Shown here one piece after another: positions 31,873-41,666 of a DNA stretch of 64,000 nt. The notes beneath the pieces are model-generated. The model worked only from the letters and a program-made list of their open reading frames with translations. It had not been told where the DNA came from and searched no databases. Origin of the DNA: an uncultured Candidatus Binatia bacterium (GTDB lineage: Bacteria > Desulfobacterota > Binatia > UBA9968 > CAXXLF01); assembly GCA_965218425.1 (NCBI GenBank), contig OZ244621.1, positions 2,976,001 to 3,040,000 of the forward strand, read 5' to 3'. Position numbers and translations under genes: made by a program. The stretch's first letter is position 1. Each line of letters opens with the position of its first letter.

Positions 31873-32716
31873 TTTGGACTGATTGGTTCAAGGCATTTTT
31901 CAGTAGCACACAGGTGACATGAATCTTGTAATCTGATGAGCCCAGAAGATCATCAATGGGCTGCAGTTGGTCCGCGAGATACGGTTTTGCCTCGGCCATG
32001 ATCCGCTCGGCATCTGCTAGTGTTGAACCCGATAGTTTATCTTCTAACTCTGGGAGACGTTGGGCCTTTGGCCCCACACATCCCACCGCCAACCGAACGC
32101 TATCAATGGTCCCGTCGCTGAATTTTGTTGCGGCGGCGACATTTACGGTGGGACGGTAGAACTGCTCGATTCTCAGGTAGCCGTGCCCCCAGCCGGGTGG
32201 TAGGGGAGGCACCTTGACCTGTGTCAGTAGTTCATCCGGTTGCAGGATGGTTTCATACGTTCCCAAGAGAAATTCGTCCAACGGCAGGTCTCGGCTTCCG
32301 TTGCGCCCAGCGATCCCAACCAATGCGCCATGGACCAATAACGCCGTTGCGGGATCGGCGTGGGGATCCGCGAAGCAGAGGTTCCCTCCCAAAGTGCCCT
32401 GGCAACGGACACGAATATTACCAATGTGGGACTCAGCGTGGGCCAACATGGGGAGGTGCTGGCGAACCAGCGGGTCCGTCTCCAGATGCCGATGGGTTAC
32501 AGTGGCGCCTATGCGAAAATGGCTCCCATCCCAGGAAGTTCCTTTTAATTCTGAGATCCCTTTGATGTTGACGAGGGTGCCGGCTTCAATCAACCCGTAA
32601 CGCAGGAGCAGGATGAGCTCGGCACCGCCTGCATAGACCCTTGCCTGTTCGTCATCTAGTTCCGAGGCGGCTTCTTCGATGGTGGTGGGTTCCTGGATTC
32701 GGAGTGGCTTCAGCAT
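31844..32716 (-). CDS. Molybdo-hydroxylase FAD-binding medium subunit (CoxM/CutM-like)
   Basis: YAGGAEL, IGATVTH, RCQGTLGGNLCFADPHAD. Confidence 0.9.
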   Translation of the reverse strand: MLKPLRIQEPTTIEEAASELDDEQARVYAGGAELILLLRYGLIEAGTLVNIKGISELKGTSWDGSHFRIGATVTHRHLETDPLVRQHLPMLAHAESHIGNIRVRCQGTLGGNLCFADPHADPATALLVHGALVGIAGRNGSRDLPLDEFLLGTYETILQPDELLTQVKVPPLPPGWGHGYLRIEQFYRPTVNVAAATKFSDGTIDSVRLAVGCVGPKAQRLPELEDKLSGSTLADAERIMAEAKPYLADQLQPIDDLLGSSDYKIHVTCVLLKNALNQSVQSGRESGRGR

Positions 32717-32828
32717 GAAATCCTCTCAAGCAATCTCTGCAAAAACATGACAGTAAATCCGGTACTATGTCAACACCTGATCCGATGGGTAAGGCCAGGA
32801 GGATCATGGATTGATGCATGGGAATTAT

Positions 32829-32857
32829 TTGACTGCACCGGGTAATGAGGATATAGG
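32829..32857 (+). promoter_or_regulatory. Sigma70-type promoter for the epimerase gene, divergent from coxM
   Basis: TTGACT-17 nt-TATAGG. Confidence 0.45.
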
Positions 32858-32940
32858 GTTCCTACGCGCCACGTTCCAAGGCTTGTCATAGATAAAGGAT
32901 GGAGTCAGGGAGCATCCCAACCAGTTCTGGGGGGTTATCA

Positions 32941-33783
32941 GTGAAGGTCGTCGTAACCGGTGGATCGGGAAGGATCGGTCAATACGTTGTCAAAGAATTG
33001 CTGGGTTCCGATCATGAAGTAACCGTTTTTGATCGGGTAGCTCCGCCTGCGGAGAAAGGTGTGCGGTGGGTTAGAGGTGACATCGAAGACCTGGGTGAGG
33101 TTATAAGCGCGCTGCGCGGAGCCGAAGCGGTCATTCACCTGGCTGCGTTCACCATGCCCTATCGTGACGTGCCCGACCACGTTTTATTCCGCTGCAATAC
33201 CATGGGAACGTACAATGTCCACGAAGCCGCGTTTACCCTGGGTATCCGGCGTGTGGTTTCCACCAGCAGTGGCGCCGTGGTGGGTTGGACCTACCGAACC
33301 CGCGAGTTGCGGCCACAGTACCTACCCGTTGATGAGGATCATCCTGTCTGGCCTCAGGATCCTTATGGCCTCTCAAAGCTCTGTGGTGAGGCTGTGGCGC
33401 GATCCTATACGTTAAAATGTGACATGGAGACCGTAGCGCTTCGTCCCGCCTGGGTAATGACCCCCGACGCCAGTGATGAGCTGCGGGCGCGGGGTGGACG
33501 GAGCGCCCAGAGATTTGATTTGTTTGCTTATATCGACGTCCGGGATCTTGCCACTGCCTATGGCCGGGCAGTGGAGCAGCCCGGGCTGCGCCATGAGGTG
33601 TTCTATGTGGTGGCAGACGACAGCGTTGCCAAAGAGCCTCTATGCGACCTGTTGCCGAGCTTGATGCCAGGCATTGGAGATATGGCGAAGGATTTGACCG
33701 GTGTCAGGTGTGGGGTCTCCAACGAGAAGGCGAAGCGAATGCTCCAATGGCGACCGCGCCACTCGTGGAGGGATGCTGTTTAG
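32941..33783 (+). CDS. NAD-dependent epimerase/dehydratase (extended SDR)
   Basis: VVVTGGSGRIG, HLAA, YGLSK; start placed at GTG 32941. Confidence 0.88.
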   Translation: MKVVVTGGSGRIGQYVVKELLGSDHEVTVFDRVAPPAEKGVRWVRGDIEDLGEVISALRGAEAVIHLAAFTMPYRDVPDHVLFRCNTMGTYNVHEAAFTLGIRRVVSTSSGAVVGWTYRTRELRPQYLPVDEDHPVWPQDPYGLSKLCGEAVARSYTLKCDMETVALRPAWVMTPDASDELRARGGRSAQRFDLFAYIDVRDLATAYGRAVEQPGLRHEVFYVVADDSVAKEPLCDLLPSLMPGIGDMAKDLTGVRCGVSNEKAKRMLQWRPRHSWRDAV

Positions 33784-33807
33784 GATAAACGGACGTTCAA
33801 TGGAGAG

Positions 33808-34602
33808 TTACTGGACCCGCGCAGCCGCCTGATAGTACCCATCGTAGCTGACCCACTGACGCGCGATGGACCTCTCTTGATGAAGCCACATCTCTTGTTG
33901 TGCTTCTTGGGTGGTGGCTCGACTGATAACGATCTGCTTGCCGATGTCGCTGTGGTCCTCATCGGCTTCTTCATGGGAGGTGAAAAATTTCACCCCTTCC
34001 TTGGACACTTTGTATTTTTCCCTCAACACCTCCGCCCAGATGGGATAGACGATGGAGGTCACCCGTTCTCCAAGCCGCAGGTTGGTGGGCAAGCCGCCGA
34101 TTTTCTGTGTCATGGATCGTGCATGTTCGGCGGTGAGGACGATCTCAGTGATGGCCGTGGGTTTTGAAGTCATGATTTTATCTCGGGAGAGCCCCAGAGC
34201 TTCCCCGAATTGCATCCAGAGTTCCGGGTGGCTGGGCTCCCCGGAGCTTTCCACGCCCACTTCGCAGGCGAGGACCGATGCCTGTTTTTTCATTTCCTCG
34301 AGCGTAGGAGAGGTGGCCACGATCATGGCATCATTTCGGATGGTCTGAACTTTGTCGTGGTAGCCCTCTTTGGCCCACTCTCGAATTTGATTGAGACTCC
34401 ACTCGCCTTTGACCAGCTTCACGATAAATGGATGTTGCACTTTGGGTGAATTGACAAAGACCGCCTCGGCCAGTTGCGCCAGGAATTCCTCCGGAGTAAG
34501 GAAACGGCTGGGCGGAGGTGAAAATTCGGGATTGTGACGGGGTGAGGTATTGCCCTCATACATGGATTTGGCCCGTTCCCGCAACGCTACAAAGTTTTCC
34601 AT
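33808..34602 (-). CDS. Heme-oxygenase-like diiron / TenA-PqqC-CADD family redox protein
   Basis: HPF...GEWSLNQIREW N-terminus; E-x9-H (ACE...PSHPELW), LGE, FFTSHEEADEDH ligand pattern. Confidence 0.75.
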   Translation of the reverse strand: MENFVALRERAKSMYEGNTSPRHNPEFSPPPSRFLTPEEFLAQLAEAVFVNSPKVQHPFIVKLVKGEWSLNQIREWAKEGYHDKVQTIRNDAMIVATSPTLEEMKKQASVLACEVGVESSGEPSHPELWMQFGEALGLSRDKIMTSKPTAITEIVLTAEHARSMTQKIGGLPTNLRLGERVTSIVYPIWAEVLREKYKVSKEGVKFFTSHEEADEDHSDIGKQIVISRATTQEAQQEMWLHQERSIARQWVSYDGYYQAAARVQ

Positions 34603-34745
34603 AGTCGTGTATCCTTTCGAAAAGGCCGTGTTGATATAAACCAGACTCTAAAAACCGTGTCAAGGGAACGGACACTGTGTTACCGGCTCTGCCGCAAAAA
34701 GTGTGGTGTCGTGAGTTGAGAACCTCGTCCTGGCTTTGATCTGAC

Positions 34746-35010
34746 ATGCCAGTATGGCTTGAACCTCCAGTATCGGACGTCTCCCTCTTTTCGGTGCAGG
34801 CCCCTGCACCCAAAAACCGGAAGCGACGCTGGGGAGCGAGACGCAAGGCCGTGGGCATCGAACGTTCAGCTTCAGATATTCACAGACCTGTTACCCGCGG
34901 CCGGAGGCTCGCTCCACGAGGAGCCTTGAAGCTTTGGAGGTTCATAGGAGCGAATGCCCGATGGGTCGCTACGGGAGTCCCGTGGAGCGAAGGAAGCCCC
35001 AGAAACCCAA
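34746..35010. repeat. Copy 2 of the dispersed element plus an adjoining unit shared with 16080-16135
   Basis: Matches 26841-27025; GATGGGTCGCTACGGGAGTCCCGTGGAGCGAAGGAAGCCCC resembles GGTGGGCCGTTGCGGGAGGTCCGTGGAGGGAAGGAAGCCCC. Confidence 0.7.
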
Positions 35011-35113
35011 AGTGTAACAACAACGGAGCATGTGTAATTGGCATCCCGCCCCAGTCGGACACGGTCGACGAAACATTTCGCACCACACTTTCTGAAGGAG
35101 AACCTGTGTTACC

Positions 35114-35143
35114 TTGACTCTCCGCATTCTTGCATGGTATCCG
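35114..35143 (+). promoter_or_regulatory. Putative promoter of cupin paralogue 1
   Basis: TTGACT-18 nt-TATCCG with extended TG; same layout as 48032-48061. Confidence 0.4.
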
Positions 35144-35230
35144 GAGAACAACGAAAGAATTTAGAATGGAGTTAGATAATTACATCTATCAATCGTACAA
35201 AACAGTAACTACGGGGAAGGAGGAACCAAG

Positions 35231-35764
35231 ATGGAGAGGGAAAGGGTCAGAGAGAAAGAACCCACGCAGAAGGGAGAGGGGGAGCATTACGAAGACATGT
35301 TGAAGGCTAACGCGGCGGCTAGAGAGCGAGCGAAAACCGGCAAGATCGTTATAAGGGCCAAAGATCTTCCGTGGCGGCAGTCGAGAATGGGGTATACCAA
35401 GGGATTCCTTGCCTGGAACCGTCCAAAGGACGAGGCTGCGGAAGACTGGACCGTATTCATCAAGGACCTCAAGATCCATTCAGGTAAACATCGGCATCAA
35501 GGGGGCATCCAGTTGTTCATTCTGGAAGGGGAAGGTTGCACTGTGGTGGATGGTGAACCAGTGGATTGGGAAAAATGGGACCTTATAGTCTTGCCGGTGA
35601 AGCCCAACGGCTGTGAGCACCAGCATTTCAGCAAGGTCAAAGGCATGCCATCCAAGTGGATGGCCTTCCGGTATCATCCTTTCTCCAAGGTTCTCGGAAA
35701 CATGTTTGAACACGTGGAGGATTCATCCGACTGGAAGGGTGAGAACCGGGTGGCGGGAGGCTAA
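35231..35764 (+). CDS. Cupin protein, MERERVREKEP family, paralogue 1 (gentisate-dioxygenase-like 3-His site)
   Basis: HSGKHRHQGG..LFILEGEG, WEKWDLIVLP, EHQHF; AGGAGG RBS. Confidence 0.85.
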   Translation: MERERVREKEPTQKGEGEHYEDMLKANAAARERAKTGKIVIRAKDLPWRQSRMGYTKGFLAWNRPKDEAAEDWTVFIKDLKIHSGKHRHQGGIQLFILEGEGCTVVDGEPVDWEKWDLIVLPVKPNGCEHQHFSKVKGMPSKWMAFRYHPFSKVLGNMFEHVEDSSDWKGENRVAGG

Positions 35765-35793
35765 GAGGTGCGGGGCACTGGGATTTGAAGCAT

Positions 35794-36963
35794 ATGAGTT
35801 CCCTCAACATCGCTGAAAACGGCACCGACTTCGTCCGCACGGGTCCAGGGACTCCTGCGGGTCGGTACCTCAGAAGGTTTTGGCAGCCCGTGTATCGCGC
35901 CGAGGATCTCGCCCCCAAGCAATTACGTCCCATTCAAATCATGGGTGAAAGGTTTACTCTCTACCGAGGAGCAACGGGGGTTCCCCACGTGGTGGCGTTC
36001 CGGTGCGCCCATCGAGGCACCCAGCTGTCAACGGGTTGGGTCGAGGGGGATTGCGTGAGGTGCCGTTATCATGGATGGAAGTACGAGGGCTCCGGTCAAT
36101 GCGTGGAACAGCCGGGGGAGGAAGCCTCCTATGCGCAAAAGATTCGCATTCGCAGTTATCCTACCCAGGAATATCTAGGGCTCGTCTTCGCCTACTTTGG
36201 CGAGGGGGAGGTCCCTCCACTACGCCGCTATCCCGGCCTCGATGGCCCTGGAGTCCTCGAGGTGTACCCCGCTGAATACTGGCCCTGCAACTACTTCAAT
36301 CGCATTGACAATGCCTGTGACGTTGGGCACGTTGGTTTCACTCATCGTGATTCCAGGGAGGCGGTTGACCAGCACCCCGAACTCCCCGTCTTGTCAGCCC
36401 ATGAGACACAATCCGGCATCATGACCCGGGTGGAGCGAGGCGGGAAGCTCGTTGCGACACTCCAGTTCCATATGCCCAACACGAACCATTTCAGGACGGA
36501 TCTGAGTCTCAGGGACCCGAAGAGTGGTGTATCCGGCGGGTATCTGGACCGCCTTCTCTTCCGGGTGCCAGTGGACGATGAGTCCTGTGTCAGCTTTCCC
36601 ATAGACTTTGCCCATGTAAGTGGCGACTCGGCCGAAGAGTACCGGGAGCGCCGTGGTCGGGCTCTCCGGACCACCAAGGATTCCCATGTGGAATTGGGTG
36701 AGGCGATGCTTGCCGGAAAGTTGCGTATGGCCGACGTGAAGAAACAGAGCAATCTTAAAAATTTGACGAGCCTGGAAGACTACATTGTTCAGGTGGGTCA
36801 GGGTGAAATCGCGGATCGAATCAATGAAAGGCTTGGGCGGATGGATGTGGGTGTCATTCTCTTGAGAAAGGTGTGGGAACGCGAGATCAAGGCCCTAGCA
36901 GAGGGGAGACCCCTTAAGAAGTGGGTGATCCCGGAATCCTTTAACGAAAGGGGTCTCGTCTAG
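35794..36963 (+). CDS. Rieske non-heme iron oxygenase alpha subunit 1 (phthalate-4,5-dioxygenase/VanA-like type)
   Basis: GPGTPAGRYLRRFWQP, CAHRG-x-CRYHGW Rieske motif, DNACDVGHVGFTH, EDYIVQVGQ. Confidence 0.92.
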   Translation: MSSLNIAENGTDFVRTGPGTPAGRYLRRFWQPVYRAEDLAPKQLRPIQIMGERFTLYRGATGVPHVVAFRCAHRGTQLSTGWVEGDCVRCRYHGWKYEGSGQCVEQPGEEASYAQKIRIRSYPTQEYLGLVFAYFGEGEVPPLRRYPGLDGPGVLEVYPAEYWPCNYFNRIDNACDVGHVGFTHRDSREAVDQHPELPVLSAHETQSGIMTRVERGGKLVATLQFHMPNTNHFRTDLSLRDPKSGVSGGYLDRLLFRVPVDDESCVSFPIDFAHVSGDSAEEYRERRGRALRTTKDSHVELGEAMLAGKLRMADVKKQSNLKNLTSLEDYIVQVGQGEIADRINERLGRMDVGVILLRKVWEREIKALAEGRPLKKWVIPESFNERGLV

Positions 36964-37020
36964 CAGGTCGGTGACGACATCTTCGGGATTTTCCGTCGAG
37001 AGAGACATGGGTATGACATT

Positions 37021-37863
37021 ATGGTGAGCAAGGTAGGTTACATCGGTATCGGCAATATTGGCAAGCCCATTGCTGCCAACGTCATCAAGGGTGGATTTGA
37101 TCTCATGGTTTGCGATCTCCATGAGGAGCCCATGAAGGAACTGGCCGCCTTGGGCGCAAAAACGGCCGCTTCCCCCATGGAGGTGGGTAGGCACGCGGAG
37201 ATCATCGAAATGTCCGTGGTGGATGATGCCCAGGTGGAGAAGGTCATTGCCGGGGAAAAAGGGATTTTGAGTGGAGCCAGGCCCGGGGTCATTATCGCCA
37301 TTCACAGCACTATCCATCCAAGAACGGTCAAGCGTGTGGCTGAACTTGCAAAGGCCGGCGGGATCCATGTGGTGGATGCTCAGGTTAGCGGTGGTGAGAG
37401 GGGGGCACGTGCCAGGACCCTGTGCTACATGGTGGGAGGAGAGAAAGAAGACTTTGAGAGATGCAGGCCGGTGTTTGAAACCTCTGGCAGGGAAATCTTT
37501 CACGTGGGCCAGGTGGGCATGGGGGCAGTGGCCAAACTCGCACAACAGGTCATCGTCATGATGAACAGGCTTTCCGCCTACGAGGGGATGCTTTTGGGTG
37601 AAAGCGCAGGCCTTGATCCCAAGATCCTACAGGATGTGGTTCGAGCCAGTAGCGGAGATAGCCGGGTGGCAAGCAACTGGGACCAGTATCGGGATGTGGG
37701 AACTTCTGACCTAGCCATGGCTCAAGAGCGCCTGGATGGTTTCTATAAGGGTCTGATACCCGCCCTTGAGCTGGGCCATGAACTTGGACTTTCCCTCCCC
37801 GGGCTAGCCTTGACGCAACAGCTTTTAGACCGCGTGCTGGGCGTGCGTTCTCTGGGGAGTTAA
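37021..37863 (+). CDS. NAD(P)-dependent beta-hydroxyacid dehydrogenase (3-hydroxyisobutyrate dehydrogenase family) 1
   Basis: GYIGIGNIG, DAQVSGG, MVGG, catalytic Lys in AKLAQQ. Confidence 0.88.
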   Translation: MVSKVGYIGIGNIGKPIAANVIKGGFDLMVCDLHEEPMKELAALGAKTAASPMEVGRHAEIIEMSVVDDAQVEKVIAGEKGILSGARPGVIIAIHSTIHPRTVKRVAELAKAGGIHVVDAQVSGGERGARARTLCYMVGGEKEDFERCRPVFETSGREIFHVGQVGMGAVAKLAQQVIVMMNRLSAYEGMLLGESAGLDPKILQDVVRASSGDSRVASNWDQYRDVGTSDLAMAQERLDGFYKGLIPALELGHELGLSLPGLALTQQLLDRVLGVRSLGS

Positions 37864-37919
37864 GAGAGACCTCACTCTCATCCTACGATTCCTATGAGAC
37901 CATAAGGAGGAGCAACCCA

Positions 37920-39107
37920 ATGGAACTTTCTCAGGACTATAACGATTTTGTCCATACGGGGCCAGGCACCCTCGCTGGTCGTTTTCTGAGAAAATTTTGG
38001 CAACCGGTGTATCGTGTTAAAGATCTGAAGCCGGGGCGTGCGGTACCCATCCAACTTATGAGTGAACGGTTTACCCTTTACCGTGGCGAGGGTGGAACAC
38101 CTTATCTGGTGGACTTTAACTGTGCCCATCGCGGCACCCAGTTGTCAACGGGATGGGTTCAGGGTGAATCCATTCGCTGCCGTTACCACGGGTGGAGATA
38201 CGATGGTACGGGGCAGTGCGTGGAACAGCCAGGGGAGGATGAAGTTTACGTCAGCAAGGTAAAAATTTGCAGTTACCCCGCCAGTGAATATTTGGGTCTG
38301 ATCTTCGTGTACATTGGTGAGGGGGATGCCCCGCCCCTGAGGCGACATCCAGACTTTGAACAGCCCGGGGTGCTGGATGCGGGTGTTCCAGAGATTTGGC
38401 CGTGTAACTATTTCAACAGAATTGACAACGCCTGCGACGCGGGTCACGTGGCCTTCACCCACCGCGAATCCATCTCACGGGTGAAAAACATGGAGAGACA
38501 GCTTGCCGTCCGTTCCTTAACCTCGGAAGAGACGGAGTATGGAGTCCGAACCGCCAGTAAGGTGCCCGGGAGGGATCCTTTCTATCTCCATTTCCATATC
38601 CCAGTGACCAACCAGAACAGATCCCAGGCGAGAGTTGAGGGTACATTGGAAGATGCTGCCAACCTTTGGGTAGACCGTTTGTTCTGGCGGGTACCCATCG
38701 ATGACGAAAACTGTATCAGCTTCGTGGTTGACAAAGTGCCTTTGACGGGAGAACAGGGCGAGGCCTATCGCAAACGTCGCCGGGAGGCGGAAGAAACCCA
38801 GGCGGCGCCGCTCAACCAGATCGCCGAAGACATCCTTGCCGGGAAGACGACTCTGGCCGATGTGGATAAGAGTTTATCCACCTACAAGCTTTTCTGGATT
38901 GAAGACTACGTGGTCCAGGTGGGACAGGGTGCCAGAGAAGATCGTCCTGAGGAGCATTTAGGGCGAATGGATGTAGGTGTCTTCCTGCTGCGAAAAATCT
39001 GGCAGCGCGAGCTAAAGGCACTGGCCGAGGGACGGCCTCTCAAACAGTGGAAGACTCCTGAGGGGCTGGCTGATATGAGTAAACTGGCTGTTCCCAAGGC
39101 ATCCTAA
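37920..39107 (+). CDS. Rieske non-heme iron oxygenase alpha subunit 2
   Basis: CAHRG...CRYHGW, DNACDAGHVAFTH, EDYVVQVGQ; AAGGAGG RBS. Confidence 0.92.
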   Translation: MELSQDYNDFVHTGPGTLAGRFLRKFWQPVYRVKDLKPGRAVPIQLMSERFTLYRGEGGTPYLVDFNCAHRGTQLSTGWVQGESIRCRYHGWRYDGTGQCVEQPGEDEVYVSKVKICSYPASEYLGLIFVYIGEGDAPPLRRHPDFEQPGVLDAGVPEIWPCNYFNRIDNACDAGHVAFTHRESISRVKNMERQLAVRSLTSEETEYGVRTASKVPGRDPFYLHFHIPVTNQNRSQARVEGTLEDAANLWVDRLFWRVPIDDENCISFVVDKVPLTGEQGEAYRKRRREAEETQAAPLNQIAEDILAGKTTLADVDKSLSTYKLFWIEDYVVQVGQGAREDRPEEHLGRMDVGVFLLRKIWQRELKALAEGRPLKQWKTPEGLADMSKLAVPKAS

Positions 39108-39455
39108 ACAGTGAGGAGTGGAAATCAAATACCGAGCCCGGATAATTCATCGCTCTCGGAACGAGCCCTTCGGTTCGGCCGTCTTCGACCCCGAGGCTCA
39201 GACCCGAGGGGAGCGCACCGTCGAGGCCCGCTCCAGGGCAATAGGCCTGTGCCTTGAGGTGGCCTGCAAACTCCAGGACACCAGCGCACGGCATGAGCGG
39301 ACGCGGAGCGGATAGGCAAGCACCGTAGAAGTCATCGAACTTTCAAACTCGGTGCCCTCGCCCGTCATGGCTCGCCCCCCGGCCGACACTGTGTCATGGT
39401 TTTTCCCAGTATCATGAAAAATGCCGGCTGGTAGCAGACAGCGGAGGAAAATGCA

Positions 39456-40283
39456 GTGGTAAAAAAAGTTGGATTTATAGGGTTAGGCACCATGGGGAAG
39501 GCCATGGCCGCAAATGTCCTCAATGCCGGTTTCGACTTGATGGTCTATGATCTTCGAGAGCAGCCCTTGAAAGAACTGGCAAGGCTGGGTGCCGGGATAG
39601 CTCAATCTCCCAGAGAGATCGGCCAGCATGCGGAGGTGGTGGAAATTGCCGTAGTCGATGATGCTCAGGTAGAAGAAGTGGTGCTCAATGAAGGTGGCGG
39701 TGTGCTGGCTGGGGCGCAGTCAGGCGGTGTGATTGCCATTCACAGCACCATACACCCAGATACGACGAGAAAACTAACACCCCTGGCCAGGGCCAAGGGA
39801 ATGGATGTGGTGGATGCACAGATGAGTGGTGGAGAGAGGGGAGCCAAAGCCAGAAGCCTATGCTTCATGGTCGGTGGCAGGAAGGATTCCTTTGACAAGT
39901 GCCAGCCTGTTCTATCTGCGTCAGGAACCAATGTCTTTCACATGGGTGACGTGGGGACAGGGTCCATAACCAAGCTGGCTCAGCAGACCATGGTCCTTAT
40001 TAATATGCTTTCCGCCCATGAGGGTATGATGCTGGCTGGAAAGGCGGGGATTGACCTCAAGGCCTTTCAGGATCTCGTTCGGGTGAGCACCGCTCAGAGT
40101 TCCATCGCCGACAATTGGTTGCGGTTTCAGGAAGACCAGAGAACTGACCCTGTCCATCGTGCGGAACTCTTCTATAAGGGGGTCGGCCCAGCCCTTGAGC
40201 TTGCCCACGAGCTGGATGCTCCGCTTCCCGGGCTTGCTCTCGCTCGACAGCTTCTGGGGAGAGTGCTCGGTACAGGAAAATAG
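39456..40283 (+). CDS. NAD(P)-dependent beta-hydroxyacid dehydrogenase 2
   Basis: GFIGLGTMG, DAQMSGG, TKLAQQ; clear paralogue of 37021-37863. Confidence 0.88.
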   Translation: MVKKVGFIGLGTMGKAMAANVLNAGFDLMVYDLREQPLKELARLGAGIAQSPREIGQHAEVVEIAVVDDAQVEEVVLNEGGGVLAGAQSGGVIAIHSTIHPDTTRKLTPLARAKGMDVVDAQMSGGERGAKARSLCFMVGGRKDSFDKCQPVLSASGTNVFHMGDVGTGSITKLAQQTMVLINMLSAHEGMMLAGKAGIDLKAFQDLVRVSTAQSSIADNWLRFQEDQRTDPVHRAELFYKGVGPALELAHELDAPLPGLALARQLLGRVLGTGK

Positions 40284-40400
40284 CATTTCCCTGCGCAATA
40301 ATGTTACCTTCCAATAATTTGAGTCTCAGTGCCCGAGCAATTCTAGGGGGCACGCAAAGCATAAGTGCAATCCCGTAGTGCGGGAAGTCCGTGCTCTAAT

Positions 40401-41651
40401 CTAGGAATTTTCCTTGATCCTGGGCATATTGATGGTGGCGAAGGCGGCTATCCCAGTGGCAATGACAAAGGCCGGGTAATAGCTGTCTGCCATGTCGAAA
40501 ATAACACCACTCAAATAGGCACCCGTGGCCATGCCCAGATGGTGTGTCACTTGCAAGGCTCCATACACGGTTCCGACGGAACGTTGACCGAACACTCGGA
40601 CCACGAGGGTGCTTGTGGAAGGGAACCCCATCATCACGGTGGCACCGTATATTGGTGTGAAAAGAATCAACCAGACGAGGTTGCCCGTGAGGCCGAAGAG
40701 GATCAACATGGGGAGACTGACGGCCCTTAGACCATGCATCAAGCACAGGGCGGACTTGCGGTTATAGTGGTCACACATCCACCCGGAGGCGATGCTCCCG
40801 GCTACGGCCGCCAGATGGCTTGCGCTTAGGAACATTGCGGCAAAGAGGTCTGTTTGCCCTTCATCGGAGACGAATGGAATGAAGTGAACCGAAACCACAT
40901 GGTCCACGATCCCGCAGCTCACCTGGCTCAAAAGGAGCAGACGAAAAAGTGGGGTCCCCATTGCCTCACGTAAAGTCATTCTTGGTCCAATGGACAGAGA
41001 TTGAGAGGTCAAGAGCTGTTCCGTCTCAGGCACCTCCTTCGCGGTTGGCCCATTGCGTAGAAACAGTAGGATCAACGGCAAGATCAAGAGGAGAGTTGCG
41101 CTAAGAACAATGTAGGAGATTCTCCAGCCCATATGTGGAACCAGGAGTGCTGTGAGGGGGGTGAAAACCGCCCAACCCAGGGGTAACGCCGACGATATAA
41201 TACCGGAGGCAAACCCAGCGCGGTTGTGAAACCACCGGCCCATGAGGCTTGCAGCGGGAACATTGGTGGAACCAGCGATGGCAGCACCCGGTAAGATTCC
41301 GAAGAACAAATAGAGGGCCCATAACGATTTTACCCAGAAGATGGGTAGCACCACAACGATCATGAGAACAATGCTAGCCACCATGACGCGCTTGGCTCCG
41401 TAGCGATCCACAAGGGGGCCCACCAGGGGCAAGGTCAGAGCCCAGGCCAGGGTGCTGATGGCATATGAGCCAGCGGTGGTGCCTCTCCCCCAACCGAGGT
41501 CCTTTTGCATGTCCTTGAACAGGGCTCCAATGGTTCCCTTTGTGCCCGTGACGACGAATACCGTGGCGGTGCAAATGCCTACGATGACCCAGCCGTAGTA
41601 CCGGGTGTTTGTGGTTGGCCGCCTATTCAACCGGGAAGTCTCAGATGTCAT
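40401..41651 (-). CDS. MFS transporter (OFA/MCT-like)
   Basis: RYYGWVIV N-terminus, motif A GPLVDRYGAKR, about 12 hydrophobic segments. Confidence 0.88.
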   Translation of the reverse strand: MTSETSRLNRRPTTNTRYYGWVIVGICTATVFVVTGTKGTIGALFKDMQKDLGWGRGTTAGSYAISTLAWALTLPLVGPLVDRYGAKRVMVASIVLMIVVVLPIFWVKSLWALYLFFGILPGAAIAGSTNVPAASLMGRWFHNRAGFASGIISSALPLGWAVFTPLTALLVPHMGWRISYIVLSATLLLILPLILLFLRNGPTAKEVPETEQLLTSQSLSIGPRMTLREAMGTPLFRLLLLSQVSCGIVDHVVSVHFIPFVSDEGQTDLFAAMFLSASHLAAVAGSIASGWMCDHYNRKSALCLMHGLRAVSLPMLILFGLTGNLVWLILFTPIYGATVMMGFPSTSTLVVRVFGQRSVGTVYGALQVTHHLGMATGAYLSGVIFDMADSYYPAFVIATGIAAFATINMPRIKENS

Positions 41652-41666
41652 AATTATTCTTTCGGG

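Noticed and set aside
26841..35010. Dispersed repeats considered as a CRISPR array
   Set aside because: No regularly spaced direct repeats with unique spacers and no cas genes.
39118..39315. 65-aa ORF after Rieske paralogue 2
   Set aside because: Its middle is a TTCGA-type palindromic repeat and it has no recognisable domain; possibly a decayed fragment.
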